Source of the DNA: Lytechinus pictus
Taxonomy: Eukaryota
Reading direction: 5' to 3'
Assembly (NCBI RefSeq): GCF_037042905.1
Contig: NC_087251.1
Span: 27,096,001-27,156,000, forward strand
Length of the DNA: 60,000 nt
The notes under the pieces were generated by a model, which did no database searches, was not told where the DNA came from, and saw only the letters and a program-made list of their open reading frames with translations. A program made the position numbers and the translations under genes. Below are positions 13,813 to 25,183 of the stretch, piece after piece (positions within the stretch are counted from its first letter, which is position 1; every line of letters begins with the position of its first letter).

Positions 13813-13889
<77 letters not shown>
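10959..13889 (+). mobile_element. 5'-truncated CR1/L2-superfamily non-LTR retrotransposon (APE endonuclease C-terminal part + reverse transcriptase), inactivated
   Basis: APE motifs LGDMN, TRTT..SLIDHI, ISDH; RT motifs YRPIS, QSGFR, DLQKAFDTVNH, GVPQGSILGP, YADD; frameshifts at A-runs (~11715, ~11930), in-frame TGA 12789-12791, stop 13484; 3' UTR, AATAAA and (AATC)n tail; GTGA duplicated at 10955-10958 and 13890-13893. Confidence 0.92.
13813..13889 (+). repeat. (AATC)n microsatellite forming the LINE 3' tail
   Basis: About 19 perfect AATC units. Confidence 0.95.
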
Positions 13890-14860
13890 GTGATGGCCGA
13901 CAATTATCCAGGACAAAGCGAAGAGGAGGCTCAAGCTGAGAGAGACCGTGCCAAACTGAAAGGATATTTGAAACTTATGTTTGTCGTAAATCTAGTTCTA
14001 TGTGCTCTCGGTGGAGCATGTTTATGGGCTATGTTGGCGTACTTACAACCTCAATCTATAAATTTCGACGCATGGCTTCTTTTTTGTGATATCATCAATG
14101 TTATCTGGTGGAGTAAAGTGGGTGTTTTAGTTATCAGTGATGTCGAAGAGCAGTCATGAAGAGTTTTTCAATGATATGCAGTAAATGTCATATTTGGAAT
14201 GACTAATTGTATGCTCTTCATGAATTCATCCTCACGTTTCAGTACTATACTTCTTTGCAATGTATATGGAAAGTTATTCACTTGTGGAAGGTTGGCAATA
14301 ATAAAGATGCGTGGATGTTTTTATCGGATTTGCAATCGGACATAACCAATATAAAATCGAAGAAGAAAATTAATCAACTCATTCATTGTTCAGGGCCAGG
14401 GGGTATACTCTGAGTTTAATATTGTATACAATATTTATCTATAGCTAAAGGTTTAAACCATCAAACCTTATGGTTGATCGAATGGCAGACCTCACGTATT
14501 AATGATTGTCCCTAAATTGAAATATGAGTACCACAGGTACGATGATGATCGTAATGTAGATAAGATAGTCTCAACTCATCCACCAATAGTTGCTGGCTAT
14601 CGCATTTGAATAAGTAGTCACGACTGCACCCGACCAGTCGGCGGCAAATAGTCATGGCTTCTCTGTATCCCGGGCCGGCGCTTCCAAGCTTACGATCAGC
14701 TGTTATGTGATACATATCTTGATTACACGGGGCTTTCAGGTTTTCACATTTCAAGTCCACAGCCGGATCGGCGGGGGGGGGGGGGGGGGGGGTGATTTAA
14801 ATTGTGAACATTGGGGCCTACCAAAATCATATATCTTTGACATTGTGATGATATTTTGGT

Positions 14861-15853
14861 TTAGAATCTTATTCGTAGGAAATTCTTGGCAGCCTTCCTC
14901 AGTTTCACATCGCTAATGATGAGTATACCCATTTTGCAGCACCATGAACAGTAAGAAATGTCATTAAGACAAGCCAGGGTATAGTAACGTTTCTCCTGAA
15001 CGGTTTGCGTCATTACTGCCATTATTATCGAAACAATTAATGAAACAAGGGCCGTTTTTACGAGGTAAACGACGTTGAGAAGACCTCTACGTCTTTTGCT
15101 ACTTTGGTCGTCGCCCTGTTCTCTCTGGGAGGCCTCGATTTGGTTATGATGTGGGAGGACCAAACCATTCACCGGACGATTATTCCGTGATTGCTTTACT
15201 GCAATTGAGATAAGCGCGACATTTAGGGCGACCGTCAAGGCAATGGGAAATACAATGAAGCATAGCATAAAAATTGAGTATTTTGCAGTGACTGATGCGT
15301 TTTGCCTCGCTTTTACAGTCTCTCTTATAGAACACACGATGAGACCGGTTAAGGGAAAGTTCTTGAAAGGAAGATCACAAAGTGTATTCAAAGACAGTAT
15401 CCCGCATATCACCATGAGACTAATCGCTCGCCTTGTTGTTACCAGGTTAAAGTACCTCAGAGGAAACTTGATGAAAATTAGCTTGTTTAAAGCTATGGAG
15501 AAAAGCAGCCATGCAGAGATATTAAATCCCAACACATAGAAGAAGTGAATGACGTGGCACAAATTGGAGTTAAGATGAAAGATGGGTTGAAACGCATAGA
15601 TGATTCCTAAAATGTAGAAGACAGTGGCTGCTAATATGTCGACAAATGCGAGGCCCTTGTAGAGAACTTTCCCAACATGGGTTGATTCTGCGTCATATAT
15701 CCGTAAAAGAACGTGGATTATAAAAGTATTAAGAGCAGCTGTTATCACAAAATAAAAGGTCGAAAGCACAAAACGTACGATAATGACCATATCAAACATT
15801 TTCCCTTCTGATAAATCTTCAAGTGTGGAGTTCTTGAAACTAATATTAGCCAT
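14861..15853 (-). CDS. GPCR cluster copy 3: intact intronless class A GPCR (330 aa), inverted relative to the other copies
   Basis: Open frame from ATG 15853 (MANISFKNST, N-glycosylation sequons); seven hydrophobic segments; LAFVD, SAW...LNKLIFIKFPLRY, D-x5-W-x2-K and SDVKLRK motifs shared with the paralogs. Confidence 0.88.
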   Translation of the reverse strand: MANISFKNSTLEDLSEGKMFDMVIIVRFVLSTFYFVITAALNTFIIHVLLRIYDAESTHVGKVLYKGLAFVDILAATVFYILGIIYAFQPIFHLNSNLCHVIHFFYVLGFNISAWLLFSIALNKLIFIKFPLRYFNLVTTRRAISLMVICGILSLNTLCDLPFKNFPLTGLIVCSIRETVKARQNASVTAKYSIFMLCFIVFPIALTVALNVALISIAVKQSRNNRPVNGLVLPHHNQIEASQREQGDDQSSKRRRGLLNVVYLVKTALVSLIVSIIMAVMTQTVQEKRYYTLACLNDISYCSWCCKMGILIISDVKLRKAAKNFLRIRF

Positions 15854-16449
15854 CGTCACTGTAGGTTTTACACACGTACTGCTGGCACAATGCACACAGT
15901 GACCCTTTCCTTGGTTGAATTTCGAATACTTTATTTCAGATTCACTAATCGCGAAGCCATGATCGCTTAAGAACTATCGCGGTTATCATGTTTGTATCTG
16001 TTTGAATATCCTATTAAGTCCGGGGTTTTTGAAATAAAATCTTCGTCGACATTCATTGCCAATGGTGTCCGCAGACGGAGGAGACAGAAATTTGACAGGC
16101 ATTTATATTACACAGTCAGCGCAATAAGGACGAGAGTAATAAACCGCTTTCTAATTAGGAAAGTGTCAGTTCATGGCGACTTCAAGACAGATATGTGACA
16201 TCACAAACGACGTCATTTTTTATAATTGCAAAATGCCAGTTAATAAAGTGTTTGATATCAGGAATGTGTCATCTGCGAGGATTTCAGACGCAGGTCAAAA
16301 TGTGTACTTTGCGGCTTGATGTCGAAAAAAAATTACTTTTAATGTAGGATATGGATTGCGGTCTGTTCATATTTGATTTGTAATCGTTTTTCTGATACGA
16401 GTAATGAGATCACATAGGGTTGAAAAGAAACATGATATAGTGTGGCTGA

Positions 16450-16555
16450 TTGTGTGGGTGTGTGTGTGTGGGTGGCCGTGTGTGACGGTGTGTGTTAGGG
16501 TGAGGGTGTGTGTGTGTGTGTGTGTGGATGGCCGTTTGAGGGTGTGCGTGTGCGT
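16450..16555. repeat. Imperfect (TG)n microsatellite
   Basis: Direct inspection. Confidence 0.85.
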
Positions 16556-16649
16556 CTAACAGAGTATGTTTTTTATATGTTACGGCACTGACAAAACATA
16601 AAGAAAAATACGCAAATAAAAAAAAGTAGTATCCATACAGGCATCTTCT

Positions 16650-16990
16650 CAGAGTGTCATATCCTGATCCTTTATTTTGTAGACTAAAAACATTAAAAGT
16701 TACTGATATTCATAAAATGCGAATTGCAATTTTTATGAATCACTTGAATAAAAGTGAGTTACCGTTATCATTTCATGATGATTTTACTTTGAATAGAGAC
16801 ATTCATAGCCATCCTACTAGACATTCATTTGGTTTTCATTTATTTACTCCCAGGAGTGCCTTAGCCCATAAATCAATAACATATGTGGGACCTAACATTT
16901 GAAATTCACGACCTTTAAATATAAGAATTTGTAACAATATTGTACCATTCAAGAAGAATAGGAAGGACTTATATCTCCCCAAATATTATA
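16650..16990 (+). mobile_element. CR1/L2-type LINE ORF2 C-terminal fragment
   Basis: DPLFCRLKTLKVTDIHKMRIAIFM...HSHPTRHS...SITYVGPNI, similar to the 8100-8450 remnant. Confidence 0.65.
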
Positions 16991-17648
16991 AATTATATTT
17001 CTCTAAATTAAAATTATATTTCATTTCATTTTATTCAAGATGCGAATGATGTCCATATCTAAATATGCTATAGAGGCATTATTTCAGTTATTGTATTGAT
17101 TCCCCCCCCCCCCCGGTTTTTGTGAATGCTTATTTCGAGCCATGTATATTTAAACGAGTTACTTACATACGATGTTATTTACTGCACTTCAAACGTTTTT
17201 TTTTTTGCGTAGTTTCTTTTGTGTGTTATTATTATTAATGTTGCATTATATTCTGTCAATTTATTTCTTGTTATGCGTGGTGAAAAATTAAACCAAAAAA
17301 ATCGGGAGATTGTACGTATCACGGGAAGGAGGGGGGGGGTTATATTGAATAAAACCATCAAGAGAGACTGATGATTAGAAGGGCATTTAACGACGCTATT
17401 CAATTTCCGTAATGTACAGTGGAGTCACGGTTAACCGACAAAGCGCATTATGCTCATTATGAAATAAGCCAGAATCATAAGAAAAAATATCAAAAAATCA
17501 ATTGATAAGTGGTATCGCGACAGTTTAAAAAAGGCGGCAAATAGGCCTCATGCATTTTTTTGCTACAGCCTGCAAAACCATCATAAAAAAAAACCACACA
17601 ATTTCATCAATAGTGAACTTCAAGTTTAATTCAGGAAGGTTTCAAACC

Positions 17649-18671
17649 ATGGCGCCATACGACTCTGTTGAATATCATGCGAATTCTACCCAATACCTAG
17701 TGGACAATTTCACGCCTGTTGACATCGTTCGGCTTATCGCTTTGCAGCTTTTCTTTATGATAGTTTTGGTTTCAAACATTTTCTTCTTCTTTGTCATCGT
17801 AAGTGATCGCGAAGTTGAAATAAACCAGATTGATAATTTTCTCTACAAAATCATGGCCTTTCACGACATCATATCGTCTGCTGTCCACACAGCTCTTTTC
17901 AGCACTTTCATTTTCGGCGAGTACTTTCAAATCAGCATATTTGCCTGTTCCATACTGGGTACTTTGTTCGTTCTATGTTATGAACTTTCTGCGTGGCAAG
18001 TATGTGCTATTATCTTAAACAAACTTTTGTTTATCAAATGTCCTTTGAGGTACTACAGCATCGTATCTAAGCGCCGAGTTGTTGGTTTTTTGTTGATTGG
18101 CTTTGTGCTGTCTCTAAACGTCGTCATGCTTTTACCTTTCGAAGGATTCCCTTTGACAAGTATCATCAGATGCACCGTTTTTGATATTCTACATCCGATC
18201 AGTGTACCAAAAGACCTGCTATATCTTGGCTTCACAATACTATCATTGGGATTCTGCGTACCAGCCATTGGAATAGTGTTTATGAACTTTGCAGTGGTAA
18301 CATTGGCCATCAAACAAGTCAGGTATAATCGTCGCACACATATCGTGGTCAAGAATAACCCAGAGAATAATGCGGACGAATATCGAGCTCAACGAGACCA
18401 ACATCGCACAAAACTCAGAGGATATCTAAGCATCATGTATCTCATAAATCTATCTTTACTCGTTATGCTGGTAGGAAATATCCATTCTATTTTGCTATAT
18501 TTTGAGCCAGAATATGTCAATTTTGATGTAATGCTGGTTTTCAATGATGTTGTGAATTTCCTCTGGTGGAATAAACTGGGAGTATTCGTCTTTAACCATG
18601 TTAAATTGCGAAGAGTTGTCAAAAAGCGTTTGGTATTAATGTGCTGTAAATGTAAATTTCGAATAGACTAA
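17649..18671 (+). CDS. GPCR cluster copy 4: intact intronless class A GPCR (340 aa)
   Basis: ORF 17550-18671; ATG 17649 preferred (ACCATGG context, aligns with the copy 5 ATG); 7 TM segments and family motifs. Confidence 0.9.
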   Translation: MAPYDSVEYHANSTQYLVDNFTPVDIVRLIALQLFFMIVLVSNIFFFFVIVSDREVEINQIDNFLYKIMAFHDIISSAVHTALFSTFIFGEYFQISIFACSILGTLFVLCYELSAWQVCAIILNKLLFIKCPLRYYSIVSKRRVVGFLLIGFVLSLNVVMLLPFEGFPLTSIIRCTVFDILHPISVPKDLLYLGFTILSLGFCVPAIGIVFMNFAVVTLAIKQVRYNRRTHIVVKNNPENNADEYRAQRDQHRTKLRGYLSIMYLINLSLLVMLVGNIHSILLYFEPEYVNFDVMLVFNDVVNFLWWNKLGVFVFNHVKLRRVVKKRLVLMCCKCKFRID

Positions 18672-19187
18672 ATTCCCTCACGGGGGTGTTTCCCCAAAGG
18701 TCTCTCCTCCCGCTATAACTGATAGGGGGATTACAGGTGGACCACTACACCGCCCCCCCCCCCTACGCTTATACGAATAGTGCAGTGGGTTCTTAACGTG
18801 CAAAGATGGTGACTCTCCTCTACACGGGGCCTCCATTTAACGTCCTATCCAAGGGACGGAGTGTATTAAACTGTATAGCCTGCATCTGTTCCCTGGAACA
18901 GGGATTGACGTTTCCACAGATGTACGAACTATACTGCAGATATGTTTTCGTGCCTATGAAATAATCCACATTTTCAATGGTGTTTCGACGTTGGACTTAA
19001 TGACCCTAACCAAGTAATGACCAAATGTTAAATTTACATTCAGCGAAAAGAATGTTAATCTCTATAATGATTGGATTTCATATTTACCTGATAAAAAAGA
19101 TTGGCAATCTGATTTAGTTACTAAGTACCGTATTGTATTAAGTTATCTTTACGCGACTTCAAGTTAACTGACTAAACATTGGTTTAA

Positions 19188-19331
19188 TTTCAAGAAAGTA
19201 AAAATTTTGATGCAGTGTTGGTTTTCAGTGATTTTGCAAGTTTTATCTGGTGGAATAAATTGAGTGTTCTCGTATTCAATGATGTCAATTTACGAAGAGC
19301 AGCTAAGCGTATTTCGGTAATGGTTCGATGA
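19188..19331 (+). pseudogene. Orphan GPCR gene fragment (TM7 + helix 8)
   Basis: Manual translation from 19203: NFDAVLVFSDFASFIWWNKLSVLVFNDVNLRRAAKRISVMVR*, clearly homologous to paralog C-termini; not in the ORF track. Confidence 0.8.
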
Positions 19332-19470
19332 ATCTCTATAGGCCTATTTAAAATACCTGAATTTCAGTACCTGCTTACACTCATATTCAATTCGTCACGA
19401 ATAATATTCAGAATTATGGAAGGTCACATGATTAAAGTCCGGCTGCAGAGCTCCTACCCCTTGCTATCCT

Positions 19471-19771
19471 GACTTTTCGCATTTACTACGGAGTCACTCT
19501 CTACAACGTACCAATTCTTTTAAAAAGGCAAGTCAAATCACAATGGAGAGGCTTTTGTCGAAGGTTGGTGGACCGGGGCAGCATCGGAATCGCTTGACGC
19601 TGGACAACGACATATTTGCAATTGTTCGTCCGGTGCAAATCTTCAGACGATCTGCTTTCCCAGTCCACACCAACTTTCGACAAAAGCCTTGGGCTCTCCA
19701 TTGTGATTTAAATTGCATTTTCAAAGGAATCGATGCGTTGTAGAGATTGTCTCCGTAAAATGCGAGAACTC
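19471..19771. mobile_element. Palindromic MITE with imperfect inverted arms of more than 100 bp
   Basis: e.g. AAATCACAATGGAGAG..GGCTTTTGTCGAAGGTTGGTG versus CACCAACTTTCGACAAAAGCC..CTCTCCATTGTGATTT. Confidence 0.7.
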
Positions 19772-19825
19772 CCTATTGCTGCGGATTCTATGACACACAA
19801 TTTAAATCCACTTCGTTCTGATTAA

Positions 19826-20097
19826 AGGCCCTGGTCCCACTGGCCGACGGACACGAAACGTATTCATAACGGATATAGTAGACAAGCAAAATTTCGGGGT
19901 GGCTCCATCCGTTTTCATCCGCTCCAGACATTAGACAAAACAATGAAATCAGTACAGTGGACGGATGCTCGATGGGTATAGAGCGAAACACGTATGCAAA
20001 TAGTACACAACGGATACATAACGTTTTCCAACGGATGGCAAGATTCTTTTCCGCTTTACATCCTCTCTGCATCCGTAAGTGCAGTGGGACCAAGCCT
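19826..20097. mobile_element. MITE (PIF/Harbinger-like)
   Basis: TIRs AGGCCCTGGTCCCACTG / CAGTGGGACCAAGCCT flanked by TAA. Confidence 0.65.
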
Positions 20098-22279
20098 TAA
20101 GTTCTTAACTGCTGTCAGAATTATTTATCTTTCGATGGACATTTAAGGTGAACATATGTATTCCAATTAACTCCTCTAACTTCAACACGGTAATTCCAAA
20201 TAATTTGAGTCGAAATTGTATTCTTTAAAAAAATCAAAAATTCGAAAAGAACAATATTTCTACTAGGTAAATACCAACTACATACTTATTTGTTTTAACC
20301 TATTATAGAACGGTTGCAGCTTTACAATACATTAATGTAAAACCTGTTTTCATTTTGTTCTTTCAAGTGATAAAGAATGACTCGCGACATGAATTGTTAG
20401 TTCTTATCCATCATAGTCATGATGTCGGATATTTGTAAAGCTAAATTAGGGTGAATAAAAGTATAACATTCAATTCACTTTTCATTTTCATTTCAATGTG
20501 TTTACTGCTTTACTAATACAATGACTGGGTTTATTCGTTGCTTAATATAAAAAAAAATGGTACTAAATTATCTCCTTAATTCTAGGTATTTTAATATGAT
20601 TTAACTTTGGGGTTAAAAACGTCCGTTAAAATATTTCGTTAAAATGTTTACTGCAGATTTAAATTAAACTTCTCGTCTTTAATTTCTCCTGTCTCCCTCT
20701 TTTACTTTATCTAATTCTATTAATGTTGTGCGATATAAAAACAATTAACATTTGATAATTATTGATTATTTGAATGAGTGACGTTTTCATGTGTTTTTGT
20801 TAACCACAGGAGAAAGCCAAATGTGTCTCAACCGCATAGCTGAAGTTGAAATATGCAAATGTTCATCGCTAGTTATAACTGTCAAATCACATTTCAGGGC
20901 AAAGTTTTTTTGTTTGTTTTTTTAGTCTCGGGAGCCAATAGGCTGCAGTCATATTGAATGCTAAATTAGTTTCTGGTGCCTTACCCAGAATGCATAATTT
21001 TCATCACGTCATCATATGACGTATATCAAACGGGAGGAGAGATTACTCCCTAATAACACAGTTTCAAGTGAAAATCAAATAGCACACACTGTATAAGTAC
21101 CGATCTTATACCGTCCTTTGTATGTTATATATATAAAACTAGTTTATACCACATGATTCTAATAAAGGATCCCCTATTAACGGAGGACAGTCTCCCTTTA
21201 ACATAAATTTGGTTTATAAATTAAACACATTCGATCTTCTTTGATACTTTGGAGTTACATTTTGGGCACTTTATTTATATTCCTATTTATTTATGTGTAC
21301 ATCAATGTTTGATTTTATTTACATGTATGGTATTGATGTTATTTGTTGTAATCTTGATTCTCTTTTAATTAGGTCATTGATGAAAATCAGCTTTTTGCTG
21401 ATCTTTTGTACCTGAATAAATATATTCTGATGAATAAATAAATGTGCGTTACTTTACGGAAATTATTAGGGAACGTTACCTATCTGCAGTGCTAGTTACC
21501 CACATGTTAAAAAAATATATATTTTCAGTTGTTTCACTTCGTGTGTGTTTTATGAGAGTGTGGAAGAGTGGGGGTGCTTGCGTGTGGGTGTATATGTGTT
21601 GCCGTTTTCGCAACCAAGTGGGATCGGGATAATTTCCCCAGCTCCAGTTACCCGATTTGGAAGGCAACGTGAGTATTTCGGGCATGCGCAGTGGCAAATA
21701 TATCACGTCACTCGCAATAGCTTGACATTCAGTCTGACGATTGAAAGCTGCCAAATAATGCTACCCAGTGGCACAAAAAAAAACACCCAAAAATGCTAAT
21801 AAAGAACGACACCGACCAACGGAAGGTATTTCTTTGAAAATTAAGTAATAGTTTTTGTTTGTTTTTCAGTCTGTTTTGGGGGAAGGGGGGGGGGGGGGGT
21901 TGAGAAAACTGTACTCACGTCACGGTTTACTACTCTAAAATATGATCATAATATGCTATTTAATTTCGGTAATGTACCGTAACTCCACGGACTGACAGAA
22001 TTTACGGACAATGCACAAAATGTTCATTATTAAATCAGTCAACGCAAACCATACAACGAGATAAGAAATTCTTTAAAAAGAAAGCAGAGGAGCATATAGT
22101 TAACGTCCAAATTATATGTATTCAAAGATAAAGTGCATCGCGATCTCACAACAGTTTGGAGAGAGTACGTAGCGATTTTTCACTTTTGCGCCACGTTCTC
22201 AACTACAACACCACAAATACTTTCTAAAACAGTAAATATGGATTTAAATTCAAATGTTATAACAGACATGTTTCAAATC

Positions 22280-23306
22280 ATGTCTTCATATATACGACTC
22301 TGTTGAATATCATGCAAATTCTACCCAATACCAAGTGGACAATTTCACGCCTGTTGACATCGTTCGGCTTATCGCTTTGCAGCTTTTCTTTATGATAGTT
22401 TTGGTTTCAAACATTTTCTTCTTCTTTGTCATCGTAAGTGATCGCAAAGTTGAAATAAACCAGATTGATAATTTTCTCTACAAAATCATGGCCTTTCACG
22501 ACATCATATCGTCTGCTGTCCACACAGCTCTTTTCAGCACTTTCATTTTCGGCGAGTACTTTCAAATCAGCATATTTGCCTGTTCCATACTGGGTACTTT
22601 GTTCATTCTATGTTATGAACTTTCTGCGTGGCAAGTATGTACTATTATCTTAAACAAACTTTTGTTTATCAAATGTCCTTTGAGGTACTACAGCATCGTA
22701 TCTAAGCGTCGAGTTGTTGGCTTTTTGATGATTGGCTTTGTGCTGTCTCTAAACGTCGTCATGCTTTTACCTTTCGAAGGATTCCCTTCGACAAGTATTA
22801 TCAGATGCACCATTTTTGATGTTTTACATCCGATCGGTGTACCAAAAGACTTATTATATCTTGGATTCACAATACTATTATTGGGATTCTGCGTACCAGC
22901 CATTGGAATAGTGTTTATGAACTTTGCAGTCGTAACATTGGCCACCAAGCAAGTCAGGTATAATCGTCGCATACATATCGTGGTCAAGAATAACCCAGAG
23001 AGTAATGCGGACGAATTTCGAGCTCAACGAGACCAACATCGCACAAAACTGAGAGGATATCTAAGCATCATGTATCTCATAAATCTATCTTTACTCGTTA
23101 TGCTGGTAGGAATTATACATCCCATATTACTATTTGTTAAACCCGAAACTGTCAATTTTGATGTATTATTGATTTGTAATGATGTCATAAATTTCCTCTG
23201 GTTGGCTAAACTGGGAGTTTTCGTCTTTAACGATGCTAAATTACGAAGAGTCGTTATAAAGCGTTTGATATTGATGTGCTCTAAATTTAAACGCTCTAAA
23301 GACTAA
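22280..23306 (+). pseudogene. GPCR cluster copy 5: near-identical paralog of copy 4 with an N-terminal frameshift
   Basis: ATG 22280 is followed by an extra TATA (ATG TCT TCA TATA TAC GAC versus ATG GCG CCA TAC GAC in copy 4), giving an early TGA; the remainder (22335-23306) is an open 323-codon frame with no in-frame ATG until TM1. Confidence 0.75.
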
Positions 23307-23343
23307 AATCCCCATACCGTGGGGGGGGGGGGGTTCATGTGCT

Positions 23344-24494
23344 CAGTGGCGTACCGTGGGTCACGGTATTGGGGGGGGGGGGGGGGCACCAGCAAAAATT
23401 TTGAGTCACTTTTGAGCGAGCTGCCAGGTCTACTGACCTAATAGAGGCATTTTAAGGACAATGCTTTTAAACGGATATGTATCTCACTGATCAAATAATG
23501 CGAGCGCGAAGCGCGAGCTGAAAATTTTTGATATTCAGACCCAAAAAGGGACATTATAATCAGATTTTTGTAATCATGATACGTACCTGTCTCGCTAAAC
23601 AATGCGACCGCGAAGCGCGAGCTGAAATTTGTGTATATATTGACCCCAAACATGGAGATTTTAAGGACTATATTTTAGTAATCCATTAAGATTATACATA
23701 TCTCACCATAGTCATCTTAGCGAGTACCAAGCGCTTGCTGATTTTGTTAGAATTACATCTAAATACATGAAGTACTTGTAGTCATTGTAATCATGAATCT
23801 CATACGCATCTCACTAATCGAATATTGCGAGCGCGAAGCTGAAAATTTAGTTATTCAGACCTGAAGATAGTCATTTTAAGGCTTGTTTGTAGGAATTCAC
23901 GAAGACCATACGTATTTCCTTAACCAAGTAATGCGAGCGCGAAGCCCGAGCTGAAAATTTTTGATATTCTGATCAGAAAAAGGGACATTTTAAGGACTGA
24001 TCCGTATTCATGGAGAGCATGCATATCTCACCAATCAACTAATAAGGACGTAATCACGGACAGGAAATGTCTTATATTAAGACCTTAACATGGGGCAATC
24101 AATTCTAAGTAGTCATGAAATAGAAGCATATATTACTACATAAAATAATAACTCGAAGTTCGAGGAAATATATTTGGTGTATATTGACTTGAAAACGGGA
24201 GGTTTCAGTACAACAGGATCATATATCTCATTAAACAGACAATGCAAGCACCAGGAACAGTGAAGACATATGCCCTGATAAAATTATGTGAAATAAATTT
24301 TCGATAAAAATGTTTCTATGTATAATATAACATAACAAAATTATAATATAACATTATAATGAATAATAAGTTTTTCTTTTCCACTTCGTTTCTCTTCCTT
24401 TCTCCATCTTTTTCTCCTTTTCCCGTTTTTTTTGGTCAGCCGATTGGGGGGGGGGGCACGTGCCCCCCATGCCCCCACCCCGCGTAGTTACGCC
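23344..24494 (+). mobile_element. hAT-like non-autonomous element (CAGTGGCGTA family), right TIR clipped
   Basis: Starts CAGTGGCGTACCGTGGGTC, repeated GCGAGCGCGAAGCGCGAGCTGAAA units, ends GTAGTTACGCC; homologous to 52242-53024. Confidence 0.85.
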
Positions 24495-25152
24495 TTTTCC
24501 CTATTGCTTCAACAGCGTTGCACTGGATTTTATATGGCTCAAATCAAGTTTTGGCAAATAATATATATATAATAATATATTTTGCATTCAGATGCTTGTC
24601 AACAACAAGAATTCAATCTTCAAAGATCTGACATCTGCTTTGGCTAATAAGAATAAAACTAATAATTTAGACCCAGAAATATGATTCGGTCGTGCGCAAC
24701 TTATAAACAACACCGAGAGGCCATACTGATGCATGCCGGGGTGATACTGGGTGACGGTATACAAAAAAGATGTATTGTAACATATCTCTGAATAAATTGC
24801 CCCCATTTATCTATATTGATAGATCGGTCTTCAGTTAAAAGCTTGGGCAGTGTGGGAATCATTATTTATCAAATAAAAAAGTCATACATCGAGAACAAAC
24901 TTGAGCTTTAACAAGATACGATGAGCTTAAAATCTTATCCTCTGGAATATATTATTTCCATTTTCGTCCACCTATTTTTCATGAACATTGTATTAATAGG
25001 ATCAAAGTGAATAGTATCCCTTATCAAGACCCACTGTTTATTTTCTAAACAATCTTTATTTTTTACTTTTCTTAATATCGGAGGTGGTTAAAACCCCCAC
25101 ACTTAAAATGTTGGGCAACAAACTGTCCACTGTGTTGGGTAATGTATATTGG

Positions 25153-25183
<31 letters not shown>

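Larger units (their letters stand above)
10263..14206 (+). pseudogene. GPCR cluster copy 2: class A GPCR pseudogene interrupted by a LINE
   Basis: ATG 10263 (MTSSLNFSS...); TAG at 10620-10622 in place of the conserved SAW Trp; 9-nt deletion removing LNK; 1-nt deletion ~10926; LINE at 10959-13889 in ICL3; coding resumes at 13890 (VMADNYPGQSEEE...WWSKVGVLVISDV); 7-nt deletion ~14143; ancestral stop 14204-14206. Confidence 0.88.

Noticed and set aside
17550..17648. Longer N-terminus for GPCR copy 4 (also ORF-track starts 10149, 15895, 32603)
   Set aside because: Downstream ATGs align with paralog starts; 10149, 15895 and 32603 are non-ATG codons and ATG 17550 has a weaker context than 17649
23490..23970. 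CRISPR-like repeat-spacer array (GCGAGCGCGAAGCGCGAGCTGAAA units; also 52390-52530 and 55480-56040)
   Set aside because: Units are degenerate, the intervening sequences resemble each other, and they sit inside a TIR/TSD-bounded element; no cas genes
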